Positions 46,423 through 56,627 of a DNA stretch of 64,000 bases are shown here, in pieces. The stretch lies in NCBI GenBank assembly GCA_947588655.1, contig CANPYS010000001.1, positions 6,391-70,390 on the forward strand, read 5' to 3'. Positions within the stretch are counted from its first letter, which is position 1. Each line of letters begins with the position of its first letter. The notes beneath the pieces are model-generated. The model did no database searches, was not told where the DNA came from, and saw only the letters and a list, made by a program, of their open reading frames with translations. Both the position numbers and the translations under genes were made by a program. The DNA comes from an uncultured Alphaproteobacteria bacterium. Lineage in GTDB: Bacteria > Pseudomonadota > Alphaproteobacteria > RF32 > CAG-239.

Positions 46423-48087
46423 ATGAAAGAATTAAAAAAGGACGGGGTTTATTTTTTACCGCTCGGGGGAGCCGATGAAATCGGGATGAATATGTATGCC
46501 TACGGCTGTAACGGCAAGTGGATTGTCGTTGACGCGGGTTACGGCTTTTTAAATGATGACTACCCCGGTATGGATATGTGCTATGCTTCGCCCGAATTTT
46601 TGGCGGAGCAAAAAGAAAATGTCGTCGGTCTTTTTATTACCCATGGTCATGAAGATCATATGGGCGCGGTGGCGCACCTTTGGCCAGCTTTGGGTTGCAA
46701 GGTTTATGCCACGCCTTTTGCGATGGGGCTGATTAAAGAACGCTTGAGAGAATATCACTTGGAAGATGCCGTACCGCTTGAGGTTGTTCGGCCTCAAAAA
46801 AGCGTTTCCATTGCTGATTTTGATGTGATGTTTGTCCCTTTGGCGCATTCCGTGCCCGAAACTTGCGGCTTGTGGATTAAAACGCCGAATGGCAACATCT
46901 TCCATGCTACCGACTGGCGTTTTGATGACGGGCAAACCAAACTTTTACCGACTGATTGGGAAATGTTGGAAAAAATTGGCGCTCAAGGGTTGGATTTGTT
47001 TGTTTGCGATTCTACCAACATTTTGGTTCAAAATCCGCAACCGACGGAAGAAGATGTCCGCCGACACCTTATGAAACTTGTGCCACAAATTAAAGGTGGC
47101 TTGATTGTGACGTGTTTTGCAACCAATATTATGCGTTTGCAAAGCCTTTTGATGGCGGCGGATAAGGCACAACGCACGCCGATTCTTCTGGGGCGAAGTC
47201 TTATTAAAAGCGTTGAAATTGCCCAAGAAAACGGCTATCTGCAAGATTTGCCGAAAACACATACGGTTGAGGAAGTGCCAGGGCTTTCGCCAGATCAAGC
47301 GCTCTATATCTGCACGGGTTCGCAGGCCAATTATCGTAGTGCGCTTTCTATTATTGCCAAAGGTGAGAGCAAATATGTGAAGCTCACGCCTAATGACACC
47401 ATTATCTTTTCATCTAAAATTATCCCCGGGAATGAAGATAAAATTGAAAAAATGCAAGAAAATATGCGTGATAAAGGTGTGACGGTCATCACTGATGAAA
47501 CGGAGCTTGTGCATGCCAGTGGTCATGCGAATCAGGCGGATCTCCGCCGGATGTATGAAATCTTGAAACCGGCGGTTTTATTGCCTGTGCATGGCGATAA
47601 GCGCTTTATTCGGGAGCATAAGCGTTTTGCTCTAAAGTGCGGTGTATCATCTGTCTTTTCAGCCAGAAATGGCGATATTTGCCTCTTAAAAGATGGCGGG
47701 ATTTGTAAAGAGGAAGAAACTTTTTGCGATATTTTGGGCGTTGATCGTGGACGTAGTGTTTCCTTAGGTTCGGATCTTATTGCCAGACGGCGGCAGATTG
47801 CCTATAATTGCAGTTTGTTCATCAGCGTGGTTATTTCTTCGGACTATCACTTAAAAGATTTGCAAATGACCTCGCTTGATATTTTGCCCGAAGATGATTG
47901 GACGGCTTTGTCTGAGCGTATTATTGAGGATTTATCGCCAATTATTGATGAAAAAATCCATGCGATAGGGGAGTTAAATCAGCAGATTAAAGATTTTATT
48001 CGTGCACGTATTCGGCGGCGTGTTGAAAATGTCACTTCGGTTAAACCTGTAACGGTGGCACATTTTTATATTGAACCAAAACTTTAA
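46423..48087 (+). CDS. rnj: ribonuclease J (beta-CASP metallo-beta-lactamase RNase)
   Basis: AAGGAA RBS. HGHEDHMG zinc motif, beta-CASP motifs (D..., H... in ASGHANQAD), ~555 aa typical of RNase J. Confidence 0.75.
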   Translation: MKELKKDGVYFLPLGGADEIGMNMYAYGCNGKWIVVDAGYGFLNDDYPGMDMCYASPEFLAEQKENVVGLFITHGHEDHMGAVAHLWPALGCKVYATPFAMGLIKERLREYHLEDAVPLEVVRPQKSVSIADFDVMFVPLAHSVPETCGLWIKTPNGNIFHATDWRFDDGQTKLLPTDWEMLEKIGAQGLDLFVCDSTNILVQNPQPTEEDVRRHLMKLVPQIKGGLIVTCFATNIMRLQSLLMAADKAQRTPILLGRSLIKSVEIAQENGYLQDLPKTHTVEEVPGLSPDQALYICTGSQANYRSALSIIAKGESKYVKLTPNDTIIFSSKIIPGNEDKIEKMQENMRDKGVTVITDETELVHASGHANQADLRRMYEILKPAVLLPVHGDKRFIREHKRFALKCGVSSVFSARNGDICLLKDGGICKEEETFCDILGVDRGRSVSLGSDLIARRRQIAYNCSLFISVVISSDYHLKDLQMTSLDILPEDDWTALSERIIEDLSPIIDEKIHAIGELNQQIKDFIRARIRRRVENVTSVKPVTVAHFYIEPKL

Positions 48088-48100
48088 GAAAGAGATTTAA

Positions 48101-49072
48101 ATGTCTATAATTCCAAACAAATTAAAGCAAGGCGACAAGGTTATGATTGTGGCGCCGTCACGTGGCTTAAAGCTGATTGGAGCCGATTGTCGGCAGATTG
48201 CTCAAGAGCGTTTGAAGGCTTTGGGCTTGGAAGTGGTATTTGCGCCGAATACGACCGATGAAAACTTTGATCAAACAGGTTCGGCAAGCATTGAAAAACG
48301 TGCGGCAGATTTGATGACGGCGTTTCAGGATAAGTCCGTAAAGGCTGTTTTGACTGTGATCGGCGGTTTTAATTCTAACCAGATTCTTCATAAGATTGAC
48401 TATGATGTTATTCGTCAAAACCCTAAGATTTTTATGGGCTTTTCAGATATTACGGCGCTTCATGCTGCGATTTATGCAAAAACGGGGCTCGTTACTTATT
48501 ACGGGCCGCATTACAGCTCGCTTGGTATGAAAAAAGGGTGCGCATACACGCTTGAAAATATGGAGAAAATGCTTTTCGGCACCGGCGAACTCACACTTCA
48601 ATCCTCTCAAGAATGGTCGGATGACTTATGGTTTTTGGATCAAGACAAGCGCGAATTTATTTCAAACGAGGGCTGGTGGCAGATTTCGGCAGGCAATGCC
48701 TCTGGTACGATTATCGGCGGCAATCTCGGCACGTTTGTGCTGAACCTTGGCACAAGTTTCCGTCCGAAGTTTGAAAAAGAGACTATTCTCTTTTTGGAAG
48801 ATGATGAAAGCGCAAAATTGTTAGATTTTGAACGCCAATTGTGGGCGTTAATGAATCAGCCTGATTTTGAAAATGTGAAAGGGCTTGTGATTGGGCGTTT
48901 CCAAAAGGCCTCAAGGGTTTCAAGGGCTGATTTAGAGTTTATTTTGCGCCCCTTGATTGGTAAAATGCCGATTATCGCCAATATTGATATGGGACACACC
49001 ACGCCGATTGCCACCATTCCTATGGGTGGCAAAGCATATCTGGAAAACGGCACTATTCGTTTGAAAGGTTAA
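48101..49072 (+). CDS. ldcA: LD-carboxypeptidase (peptidase S66, LdcA-like)
   Basis: 323 aa. GFSDITAL (Ser nucleophile), C-terminal ...DMGHTTP... (His). Typical LdcA length and layout. Confidence 0.7.
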   Translation: MSIIPNKLKQGDKVMIVAPSRGLKLIGADCRQIAQERLKALGLEVVFAPNTTDENFDQTGSASIEKRAADLMTAFQDKSVKAVLTVIGGFNSNQILHKIDYDVIRQNPKIFMGFSDITALHAAIYAKTGLVTYYGPHYSSLGMKKGCAYTLENMEKMLFGTGELTLQSSQEWSDDLWFLDQDKREFISNEGWWQISAGNASGTIIGGNLGTFVLNLGTSFRPKFEKETILFLEDDESAKLLDFERQLWALMNQPDFENVKGLVIGRFQKASRVSRADLEFILRPLIGKMPIIANIDMGHTTPIATIPMGGKAYLENGTIRLKG

Positions 49073-49127
49073 GCATGAAGTGTTGCTTATATAAAAACAT
49101 CTGCCTTTTGGCAGATGTTTTTTGTTT

Positions 49128-49574
49128 TTATTGTCTTGGTAAGGTTTTATGCTTGATTTTGTCGCCAACTTTGATGCCGTGCTTTTGGACATCGCCACCA
49201 TTTAGCTCCAAAACAGCATATAAGGGCACACAACTTTTTGGATAAATCAAATTCACTGATTCTGGCTCGGCATTTTCATAAATATAAACAATCTCGCCAT
49301 TTTGATCAGCAAAAAGCATATCCAAAGGAATGTGCGTGTCTTTCATCCACATCACAACTTGGTGTTCGCCATTTAATACAAAAATCATACCCGAATTTTC
49401 AGCCAATTGCTGGCGGTTCATTAAGCCGATTTCCATTTGTTTGCGTGTGGCGGCCGTTTCAACTTCATATTCAATGGTTTTATCTTGCGTTTCAATTGTG
49501 AGTTTGCTCAACTTGTCTTCAGAAGGTGTGCACCCCAAAAGCAATAAAACAGCTAAAAATATTCTTAAACGCAT
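49128..49574 (-). CDS. DUF192 (COG1430) periplasmic protein
   Basis: Signal/lipobox-like MRLRIFLAVLLLLGC. GLMNRQQL...GMIFVL, WMKDTHIPLDMLFAD.NGEIV are the DUF192 hallmarks. Confidence 0.65.
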   Translation of the reverse strand: MRLRIFLAVLLLLGCTPSEDKLSKLTIETQDKTIEYEVETAATRKQMEIGLMNRQQLAENSGMIFVLNGEHQVVMWMKDTHIPLDMLFADQNGEIVYIYENAEPESVNLIYPKSCVPLYAVLELNGGDVQKHGIKVGDKIKHKTLPRQ

Positions 49575-49718
49575 CTGAACCTCCTTTTCATAATGTTTAT
49601 ACCGTATAATATTTTTCTGTGGTTTGCAAGCTTTTAATGAAAAAGAGGATATTTTTTAAAAAAACTTGTGCTTTTATAGAAAAAAGCTTAACCTTGAATG
49701 AAATTAACGGAGGCATTT

Positions 49719-51479
49719 GTGGAAAAAACATCATTAAATGGCAATCGCTGGATTATGCAATCAGCGGATGACAGGACGGCACAAGCTTTGGCATTGCAAA
49801 TGGATTTGCCCTTGATTTTGGCGCAAATTTTATCGGCGCGCGGTGTTGATGCCACCTCAGCACCAAACTTTCTTAATCCGAAACTTTCTAATCTGATGCC
49901 AGATCCGTATTCCTTAAAAGATATGAAAAAAGCCGCCGAACGTTTGGCAGATGCCGTTATGAACAATGAAAAAATTGGGATTATTGGGGACTATGATACA
50001 GATGGGGCAACTTCCACCGCTGTTTTGAAGATGTTTTTAGAAACCTTGGGTGTTCAGGTCGCAACGCATATTCCTGAACGTGAGGAAGGCTATGGTCCAA
50101 GTGAAGGAGCTTTTGCCGAATTTAAGGCCTTTGGCGCTAACTTAATTGTGACGGTAGACTGTGGGACAACGGCTTTTGAGGTCTTAAACCAAGCTTCAGC
50201 AGATGGTTTTGAGGTGATTGTTCTTGATCATCATGAAGCCGAGGCTTTGTTACCCAATGTTTTAGCAGTGGTTAATCCAAAGCGCTTAGATGAAGAAAAT
50301 GATTATCCTTATTTGAAGTTTATGGCGGCTGTTGGTGTTGTCTTTATGAGTGTCGCCGCGGTTAATCGGGTTTTGCGTGAGAAAGGTTATTATCAAACGC
50401 ATCAAGAGCCTGATTTGAAACAATATCTTGATTTGGTGGCGCTTGGTACGGTTTGTGATGTTGTGCCGCTTTTGGGCTTAAATCGGGCTTATGTGAAGCA
50501 GGGTTTAAAAGTTATGGCAACTAGGCAAAATATCGGACTAAAAGCACTTTCAGATGTGGCGCATTTAGAACAAGCGCCGACCGCTTATCATTTGGGTTAT
50601 GTTTTAGGCCCAAGGCTTAATGCGGGTGGGCGTGTTGGCAAGGCTTCAACCGGCAGTGCGCTTTTGTGCGCCAATGATAATGTTGTGGCGCAAAAGCTTG
50701 CAGAAGAGCTTAATACATATAACACTGAGCGCAAAGATATAGAATCTTTTGTCTTATTAGAAGCTATTGAAATGCTTGAGGGGACACCTCAAGAATATCC
50801 AATGGCTTTTGTTGCCGGTTCAAATTGGCATCAAGGGGTTATTGGTATTGTGGCTGGTAAGCTTAAAGAACGGTATAATTTGCCCTCGTTTGTGATGTCT
50901 ATAGAAGATGATGAAGTTAAAGGTTCGGCGCGTTCTATTGCAGGACTTGATTTAGGCGCGCTTGTTATGGCCGCCAAAGAAAAAGGGCTTTTAACGAAAG
51001 GTGGCGGGCATACCATGGCGGCAGGTTTTTCGTTAAATGAAAATCAGATTGAACCTTTTAAAGTGTTTGCCGGTGAATATATCAAAGATCGCTTGGGATC
51101 TGAAAAGCTTGTGCCGGAAATTAATATTGATGCCGCTGTGGCTCTCTCAGGAGCTAATTTATCGCTTGCTGAAACGCTTGCAACCTTGGAACCTTTTGGG
51201 GCAGGGAATCAGGAGCCGACGCTTTTAATTTCGGGCGTTCAGATTCTCCGACCAGCGTTGGTTGGCGTAGGACATGTGCGGTGTTTGCTCTCTAAAGAGG
51301 GCGCGCCACGCTTGAAAGCAGTTGCTTTTCGCTCGGCTGATACGGCTGTTGGTAAGGCTATGCTTGCTGCAAAAGGCGAACGCTATGACGTTGTTGGCAA
51401 GTTGCGTGCTGATTCTTGGCAGGGGCAAACCACCGTGCAGTTTGTTATTGAAGATATGAGGAGTGTTGAAAATGCCTAA
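49719..51479 (+). CDS. recJ: single-stranded-DNA-specific exonuclease RecJ
   Basis: DHH motifs (GDYDTDGATS, DHH). DHHA1 C-terminal GGGH.MAAG. GTG 49719 preceded by GGAGG is preferred over ATG 49698. Confidence 0.8.
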   Translation: MEKTSLNGNRWIMQSADDRTAQALALQMDLPLILAQILSARGVDATSAPNFLNPKLSNLMPDPYSLKDMKKAAERLADAVMNNEKIGIIGDYDTDGATSTAVLKMFLETLGVQVATHIPEREEGYGPSEGAFAEFKAFGANLIVTVDCGTTAFEVLNQASADGFEVIVLDHHEAEALLPNVLAVVNPKRLDEENDYPYLKFMAAVGVVFMSVAAVNRVLREKGYYQTHQEPDLKQYLDLVALGTVCDVVPLLGLNRAYVKQGLKVMATRQNIGLKALSDVAHLEQAPTAYHLGYVLGPRLNAGGRVGKASTGSALLCANDNVVAQKLAEELNTYNTERKDIESFVLLEAIEMLEGTPQEYPMAFVAGSNWHQGVIGIVAGKLKERYNLPSFVMSIEDDEVKGSARSIAGLDLGALVMAAKEKGLLTKGGGHTMAAGFSLNENQIEPFKVFAGEYIKDRLGSEKLVPEINIDAAVALSGANLSLAETLATLEPFGAGNQEPTLLISGVQILRPALVGVGHVRCLLSKEGAPRLKAVAFRSADTAVGKAMLAAKGERYDVVGKLRADSWQGQTTVQFVIEDMRSVENA

Positions 51480-52140
51480 AAAGGAACATGAACCACAGAA
51501 AAAATCTTTTTGGAAACGCCTAAGAAGTCGCTTTAAAGCTTATTTCTTTACCGGCATTTTGGTGACTGCGCCTGTGACCATTACTTTTTATATGGCTTAT
51601 CGGCTGATTATGTATATTGACCGCAGTATCAATAATTTATTGCCACCAAAATTTCAGCTTAATCAGTATTTGCCGTATGATATTCCGGGGTGGGGTTTGT
51701 TGGTTTTAATTGTCGGACTCGTGTCCATTGGTATGCTGACAACAGGTTGGTTTGGTAAATTCTTTGTCAATCTTGGTGAAAAAATTGTGGCGAAAATGCC
51801 CTTTATTTCTAGTGTTTATTCGCTCTTAAAACAAGTTTTTGAAACATTTTTTTCAAATAAGAAACAATCGTTTAATCAGGTTGTCTTGTTGGAATATCCG
51901 CGCAAGGGGCTTTGGACAGTTGGGTTTGTGAGCGCGCATACAAGTGGCGAGCCTTCTAAACAACTCGGACCGAAAATGATTAATGTTTTTGTGCCAACCA
52001 CGCCAAACCCAACATCGGGCTTTTTGCTCTTTGTGCCTGAAAAAGATGTGATTAAGCTGAAGATGTCGGTAGAAGACGGCTTAAAACTTGTGATTTCTTG
52101 CGGTATCGTCACGCCGGAAAAAGCTAAGAATCAGAGGTAG
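51463..52140 (+). CDS. DUF502 (COG2928) membrane protein
   Basis: Two N-terminal TM helices, conserved P..YS.LKQ..E and VVLLEYPRKGLWTVGFV motifs. Confidence 0.65.
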   Translation: MLKMPKKEHEPQKKSFWKRLRSRFKAYFFTGILVTAPVTITFYMAYRLIMYIDRSINNLLPPKFQLNQYLPYDIPGWGLLVLIVGLVSIGMLTTGWFGKFFVNLGEKIVAKMPFISSVYSLLKQVFETFFSNKKQSFNQVVLLEYPRKGLWTVGFVSAHTSGEPSKQLGPKMINVFVPTTPNPTSGFLLFVPEKDVIKLKMSVEDGLKLVISCGIVTPEKAKNQR

Positions 52141-52808
52141 CCTTTTCTATCTAAAACGCCTAAAATGAGGGTTAAAAGATAAATGCCCGCCATGAGTGCG
52201 ATGGCAATATAGAGCCATTGCCGATCAGTTAAAACATGATGTATACCATTAATGCCCAAAGCACTACCGACCACCTTAAAACCTTTGACTGGTCGGACAT
52301 GTAAAATTGTGACGGCAATCTGCGTGCTGGGGTTTAAAAAATCAAATGTGATGACAATACTGTTGTGATAACTCTTTAGACGCGCCGAAACAGAGGGTGT
52401 CGTTAGAGTTCGGTCTATGGTAAAATGAACCATTTCCGCATTTTGAGGAACAATGATGCGAATAGGATCGTGTCCGATTTTAGAAACATCGCTTCCGGCT
52501 AATGGCTGTTGCCCGTTGTTTTCTAGCAAGACAACCGTCTGATAAAGATTGTCGTAAGCTTTACCGTCCACTAAAACTTTAAAACGATTGTTGTTTTGTG
52601 ATGAAATAAAACTGTGCGTGAAAGTATCGTATTCTATAATCGGACGATTAACATAATATTGATATAGTCCGATTAAAAGCGCCGAAATACCGATGATAAA
52701 CGCGCCCACATTGCTGATTGAAAAATGCCACAGCTTTGTTAAAAACTTTTTCACAGGTGTGTTTTTAGGCCTTAAAGGCCGAGCTTTGAGGACGCGTGTT
52801 CTTTTCAT
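52131..52808 (-). CDS. hypothetical membrane-anchored protein
   Basis: 225 aa with one N-terminal TM (FIIGISALLIGLYQYYV) and a C-terminal TM. No family recognised. Confidence 0.4.
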   Translation of the reverse strand: MKRTRVLKARPLRPKNTPVKKFLTKLWHFSISNVGAFIIGISALLIGLYQYYVNRPIIEYDTFTHSFISSQNNNRFKVLVDGKAYDNLYQTVVLLENNGQQPLAGSDVSKIGHDPIRIIVPQNAEMVHFTIDRTLTTPSVSARLKSYHNSIVITFDFLNPSTQIAVTILHVRPVKGFKVVGSALGINGIHHVLTDRQWLYIAIALMAGIYLLTLILGVLDRKGYL

Positions 52809-52819
52809 CGGGGTTTTCC

Positions 52820-53389
52820 TTAATTTAATGAGCCTTTAGGTTTTAAGTAGCTTCTGAAATAAAAGTATTCAGCAATTTCTAAAATGCCGTAAAGCACAAT
52901 GTAAAGCCCCATTAAGGTGCTTATGGTTACCATGCCTAATGCCGGAAATTCTAAAATTAAAAAGCCAAAGACAATGCCTAATAAGCCGAGGGTTAAACTC
53001 CAACCCCAAGGATGACCGTGGCGGCTTAAATGATAAGAACTTACCAATTGTACGGCACCAACCACCAAACACCATAAACCAACAATAACAGGCAGGGTTG
53101 CCGCTGTTAAGCCAATGTTTGATACTAAGACAATGCCGATGATGATGTCTATTAAGCCGACAAACATATACCAGCCCGATTCAACGCTTAACGAAGATGC
53201 TGTATATCCAGCACCGATGATGATAAGCGCGATGCCAATGTATAAACTTAACGCCAAAAGGCTGACAAATGGATTAAGCCAAACATAAACGCCCAAAATG
53301 AGCATTAAAATTCCGGCAATTAAATGCCAAATACCGACACAACAACTTTGAGCCGGATTTTTGATTTTAACAAGATTTTCTTCAGACAT
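52820..53389 (-). CDS. hdeD: HdeD-family (DUF308) acid-resistance membrane protein
   Basis: 189 aa, six TM, repeated GxxxLxxGxxxxxxP motif (GILMLILGVYVWLNP; GIVFGFLILEFP). Confidence 0.5.
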   Translation of the reverse strand: MSEENLVKIKNPAQSCCVGIWHLIAGILMLILGVYVWLNPFVSLLALSLYIGIALIIIGAGYTASSLSVESGWYMFVGLIDIIIGIVLVSNIGLTAATLPVIVGLWCLVVGAVQLVSSYHLSRHGHPWGWSLTLGLLGIVFGFLILEFPALGMVTISTLMGLYIVLYGILEIAEYFYFRSYLKPKGSLN

Positions 53390-53534
53390 AGGTTTTCTCC
53401 TGTTTTGATTGAACGCTTTTCATATAATCTTTTTTCAGAAGATAAACAGTACTAAAGTAGAAAAAAATACGCTCTTTGAAAAATAAAAATAAGGATTATC
53501 TCAGAATCGGTTATCAATTCAAAGGAGATATGTT

Positions 53535-53900
53535 ATGAATCAAATCTTAGCAGCACTCATTACAGCCGGTGTGTTGGCTGGTGCAGGAACGGTGCAAGCC
53601 GGTGATAAACATCATAAAGGTGGCTGGCAGGACGACCATGAAAACAAAATTTCAAGTGTTCAGGAAGTTCGCGCCATGCAAGATGACGGCAATGTAACGA
53701 TGCAGGGTAAAATTGAAAAACACTTGAAACGTGATAAATATCAATTCAGAGATGGCACGGGCTTTATTATCGTTGAAATTGACGATGATGTTTGGGACGG
53801 ACAAACCGTCACACCGCAAGATACTATTTGGATTTTTGGTGAGCTTGATAGTGATCCAGAAAATCCGGAAGTTGATGTTGAGCGCTTAAAGAAAAAATAA
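53535..53900 (+). CDS. YgiW/YdeI-family BOF (bacterial OB-fold) periplasmic protein
   Basis: Signal peptide. ...VTMQGKIEKHLKRDKYQFRDGTGFIIVEIDDDVWDGQTV...IFGELD is the BOF signature. Confidence 0.65.
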   Translation: MNQILAALITAGVLAGAGTVQAGDKHHKGGWQDDHENKISSVQEVRAMQDDGNVTMQGKIEKHLKRDKYQFRDGTGFIIVEIDDDVWDGQTVTPQDTIWIFGELDSDPENPEVDVERLKKK

Positions 53901-53908
53901 GCTTTATA

Positions 53909-53936
53909 AAAGAAAGCCCCGCTTACAAGCGGGGCT
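53909..53936. terminator. palindromic terminator between convergent genes
   Basis: AAAGAAAGCCCCGCTTACAAGCGGGGCTTATTTTT. Confidence 0.6.
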
Positions 53937-53941
53937 TATTT

Positions 53942-54211
53942 TTAATCAAGAGGTTGATTGTATTTGAACGGATCTTCTTTTTCTTTGCCGTTATACACAT
54001 CAGCAGCTTCATTAAACCGATCGGTTAAAACGTTTTTAAGTTTGCCGGCAGATGATTCTGTCTCGTTGACATGACTTGAAATTTTACCAGATAAATTTGT
54101 GACATATCCTTTTAAAGTATCCCATTGATTCTGCGGCTGAATGCCGAAACCAAACCATGCAACAAAAACACAAATTGCAATCAAACCAATTAAATAAATA
54201 AGTGCTCTCAT
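53942..54211 (-). CDS. hypothetical small membrane protein
   Basis: GAGGAG RBS then ATG (MRALIYLIGLIAICVFVAWFGF...). One TM plus a soluble domain. Confidence 0.45.
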   Translation of the reverse strand: MRALIYLIGLIAICVFVAWFGFGIQPQNQWDTLKGYVTNLSGKISSHVNETESSAGKLKNVLTDRFNEAADVYNGKEKEDPFKYNQPLD

Positions 54212-54381
54212 GATTTTCTCCTCATAACCCAAATAAGTATAAAATATGAAATCTTAAAAAGTGTTTAATGACAATGTAAATTTTTTTCTTGCATTTTAAA
54301 ATTTATCCACTAAAGTATGTAGAGTGTTGTTTAGTTATTAAGCAATACGTATAAGTTTAACTATATAAAAGGACGTTCTCT

Positions 54382-54906
54382 ATGAAGAAAATTTTATTAC
54401 TTGCCGGTGTGGCCAGTGTTGTTGCAATGAGTGCCAATGCCGCTAACTTTACACCTTATGTTGGTGTTGATTATAACTATTCTTTGGTTCACCATGATGC
54501 TTCCATGAATAACTGGATGTCTGGTCATGCCAATTCTGGTAGCCTTATTTTGGGTACAAGTTTTGGTCAATATGCCAGTGTTGAAGCTTTTTATCAGCTT
54601 TCTAAGAAAGAACACAAAGCTGATAAGCGTTCACAAATCCAAGCTTATGGTGCTGACGTTTTAGGTCATCTGCCTTTGGGTTGCATGGGCGAATGGGAAT
54701 TGCTTGGTTCTGCTGGTACAGGTTGGTACGATGCCAAATATAACAAAGATAATGATTCCGGTTGGGGCTATCGTTTAGGTGCTGGTGTTCAGTACAACTT
54801 TGCTAATAACTGGGCAGCTCGTGCTATGTATCGTCATGTTTGGGTGGATAAATCCGTCCTTGACTGCATGAATGAATTTTCTTTGGGTGTCAGATATTAT
54901 TTCTAA
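54382..54906 (+). CDS. small outer-membrane beta-barrel protein (same OmpA-like/Omp25 family as the 4442-5188 OMP)
   Basis: Signal peptide ...MSANA. FTPYVG first strand shared with the 4442 OMP. C-terminal ...GVRYYF. Confidence 0.65.
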   Translation: MKKILLLAGVASVVAMSANAANFTPYVGVDYNYSLVHHDASMNNWMSGHANSGSLILGTSFGQYASVEAFYQLSKKEHKADKRSQIQAYGADVLGHLPLGCMGEWELLGSAGTGWYDAKYNKDNDSGWGYRLGAGVQYNFANNWAARAMYRHVWVDKSVLDCMNEFSLGVRYYF

Positions 54907-55020
54907 GCCTTTAGAAAACTTGTTGATATTAGAATCGCGGTTTATAACCGCGATTCTTTTTTTGACTTTACGAAAAGATGAATTATTTTAAATGAAAGTG
55001 TCATTTTAAGGAGAATTTTT

Positions 55021-56481
55021 ATGCGTTCTTTAGCTTTTTTCCTCTCTTTTTCAGCTTTTTTGTTTTCTACGGCTTCTTATGCCGCGGAAGAAAACGCCTC
55101 TTTTTTGGGGTTGAGCATTTATAATAATGATTTAGCTCTCGTGAAAGACACCCGCCGTATGGATTTGAAACAAGGCGAAAATCTAACGGCTTTTGAGGGT
55201 GTTGCGTCAGCTATTAAACCCGAAAGTGTGATGATTTATGGCGAAGGTATTAAGGTTTTGGAACAAAATTATGATTATAACCTCTTAACGCCTTATAATA
55301 TTTTGGAAAAATCTGTTGGGCAAAAAGTTAAAACCGCGGTGCAAAATCCGGAAAACGGCGAAGATATTTTTCAAGAAGCGACGCTGATTAGCGCGGTTAA
55401 CGGCCAAGCCGTTCTTTCCATGCCTTATGGCGTGGAAACGGCTTTTCAAGGACGTATCGTTTTTGAAAAATTGCCTCAAGGTTTGTATGTTAAACCCACA
55501 CTGGCGGCTAAAATTTACTCCACATCGGCGGCTTTAAAAGACTTAACCCTTGCTTATCTTACAACGGGACTTTCTTGGACAACCAATTATGTCGCGCGTG
55601 TCTTACCGTCTGATAAATTAGATCTGACGGCTTGGGTTTCGCTTAAAAATGAATCGGGCGCAGACTATCAAAATGCACAAATCCAACTGATTGCCGGCAA
55701 TGTTAACGAGGTGACCGTGATGCAAAATTATGCGCGTCCGATGCTTAAAATGGCGCGCGGGGCGATGATGGATACAGCAGAAGTTGCCACAGATGCCGTT
55801 GCCCCGCAGGAATTAAGCGGGTATTATCTTTATACGTTACCTCTTACCACTGATTTGAAGGATCAGCAGACAAAGCAAATCAGCTTTTTGGAGAAAAACG
55901 GCGTTTCTTACACGAAAGAGGGGCGTCTTACTTCCAGCCTTTATTTCGGGCGTGAAAACTTGTCAAGCTTTGAAAAAGTTCATCCGGCACTTTATTACTT
56001 AACGCAAAATACGGCCGAAAACAACTTGGGCCTGCCGATGCCTGCCGGTGTGGTGCGTTTTTATGAAAATGATAAAGATGGGCGGATGCAGTTTATCGGC
56101 GAAGATAATTTGCCGCACACGGCGCAGGGTGAAAAAATTGAGCTGAAGCTCGGCAGTATTTTTGATGTTTATGCGAACGGCAAAATCTTGAAAGCAACTA
56201 AGAAATCGGAAAATAAAAAGGCCGAGAAAAACGGTTGTGAGGTTTTGAACGAGGTTTGGACTTACGACGCGTCTGTTGAATTTTCTAACGGCGGAACAAC
56301 GGATTATGAGGTTCTTTTTAAGCAAAACATTAACAAAAATATTCAGATTACAGCCGAAAATTTGAAGGGTGAGGCGGTGAATGCCAACTTATATCAATGG
56401 CGTGTGAATGTGCCTGCAAACGGCTCTGAAACGTTGACTTTCAGTGTGGAAGTAACCACGGAAAGCAGAACTTGCCGTTAA
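55021..56481 (+). CDS. secreted hypothetical protein, possibly DUF4139/DUF4140 (MuiA-like)
   Basis: Signal peptide MRSLAFFLSFSAFLFSTASYAA. 486 aa, all-beta character. The family assignment is from memory only. Confidence 0.45.
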   Translation: MRSLAFFLSFSAFLFSTASYAAEENASFLGLSIYNNDLALVKDTRRMDLKQGENLTAFEGVASAIKPESVMIYGEGIKVLEQNYDYNLLTPYNILEKSVGQKVKTAVQNPENGEDIFQEATLISAVNGQAVLSMPYGVETAFQGRIVFEKLPQGLYVKPTLAAKIYSTSAALKDLTLAYLTTGLSWTTNYVARVLPSDKLDLTAWVSLKNESGADYQNAQIQLIAGNVNEVTVMQNYARPMLKMARGAMMDTAEVATDAVAPQELSGYYLYTLPLTTDLKDQQTKQISFLEKNGVSYTKEGRLTSSLYFGRENLSSFEKVHPALYYLTQNTAENNLGLPMPAGVVRFYENDKDGRMQFIGEDNLPHTAQGEKIELKLGSIFDVYANGKILKATKKSENKKAEKNGCEVLNEVWTYDASVEFSNGGTTDYEVLFKQNINKNIQITAENLKGEAVNANLYQWRVNVPANGSETLTFSVEVTTESRTCR

Positions 56482-56627
56482 AAGATTAACGCTGAACTTT
56501 ACGGCAGGCGTTTAGGGCTTTCATTTTTAAACGTCTTTTTGACTATAAACTCAAATAGGGCTTGCGTTTTAAGATATGAGCGGTTATACTAATTTGAGTT
56601 TTAAAATAAATTAAGGAAAAATAAAAA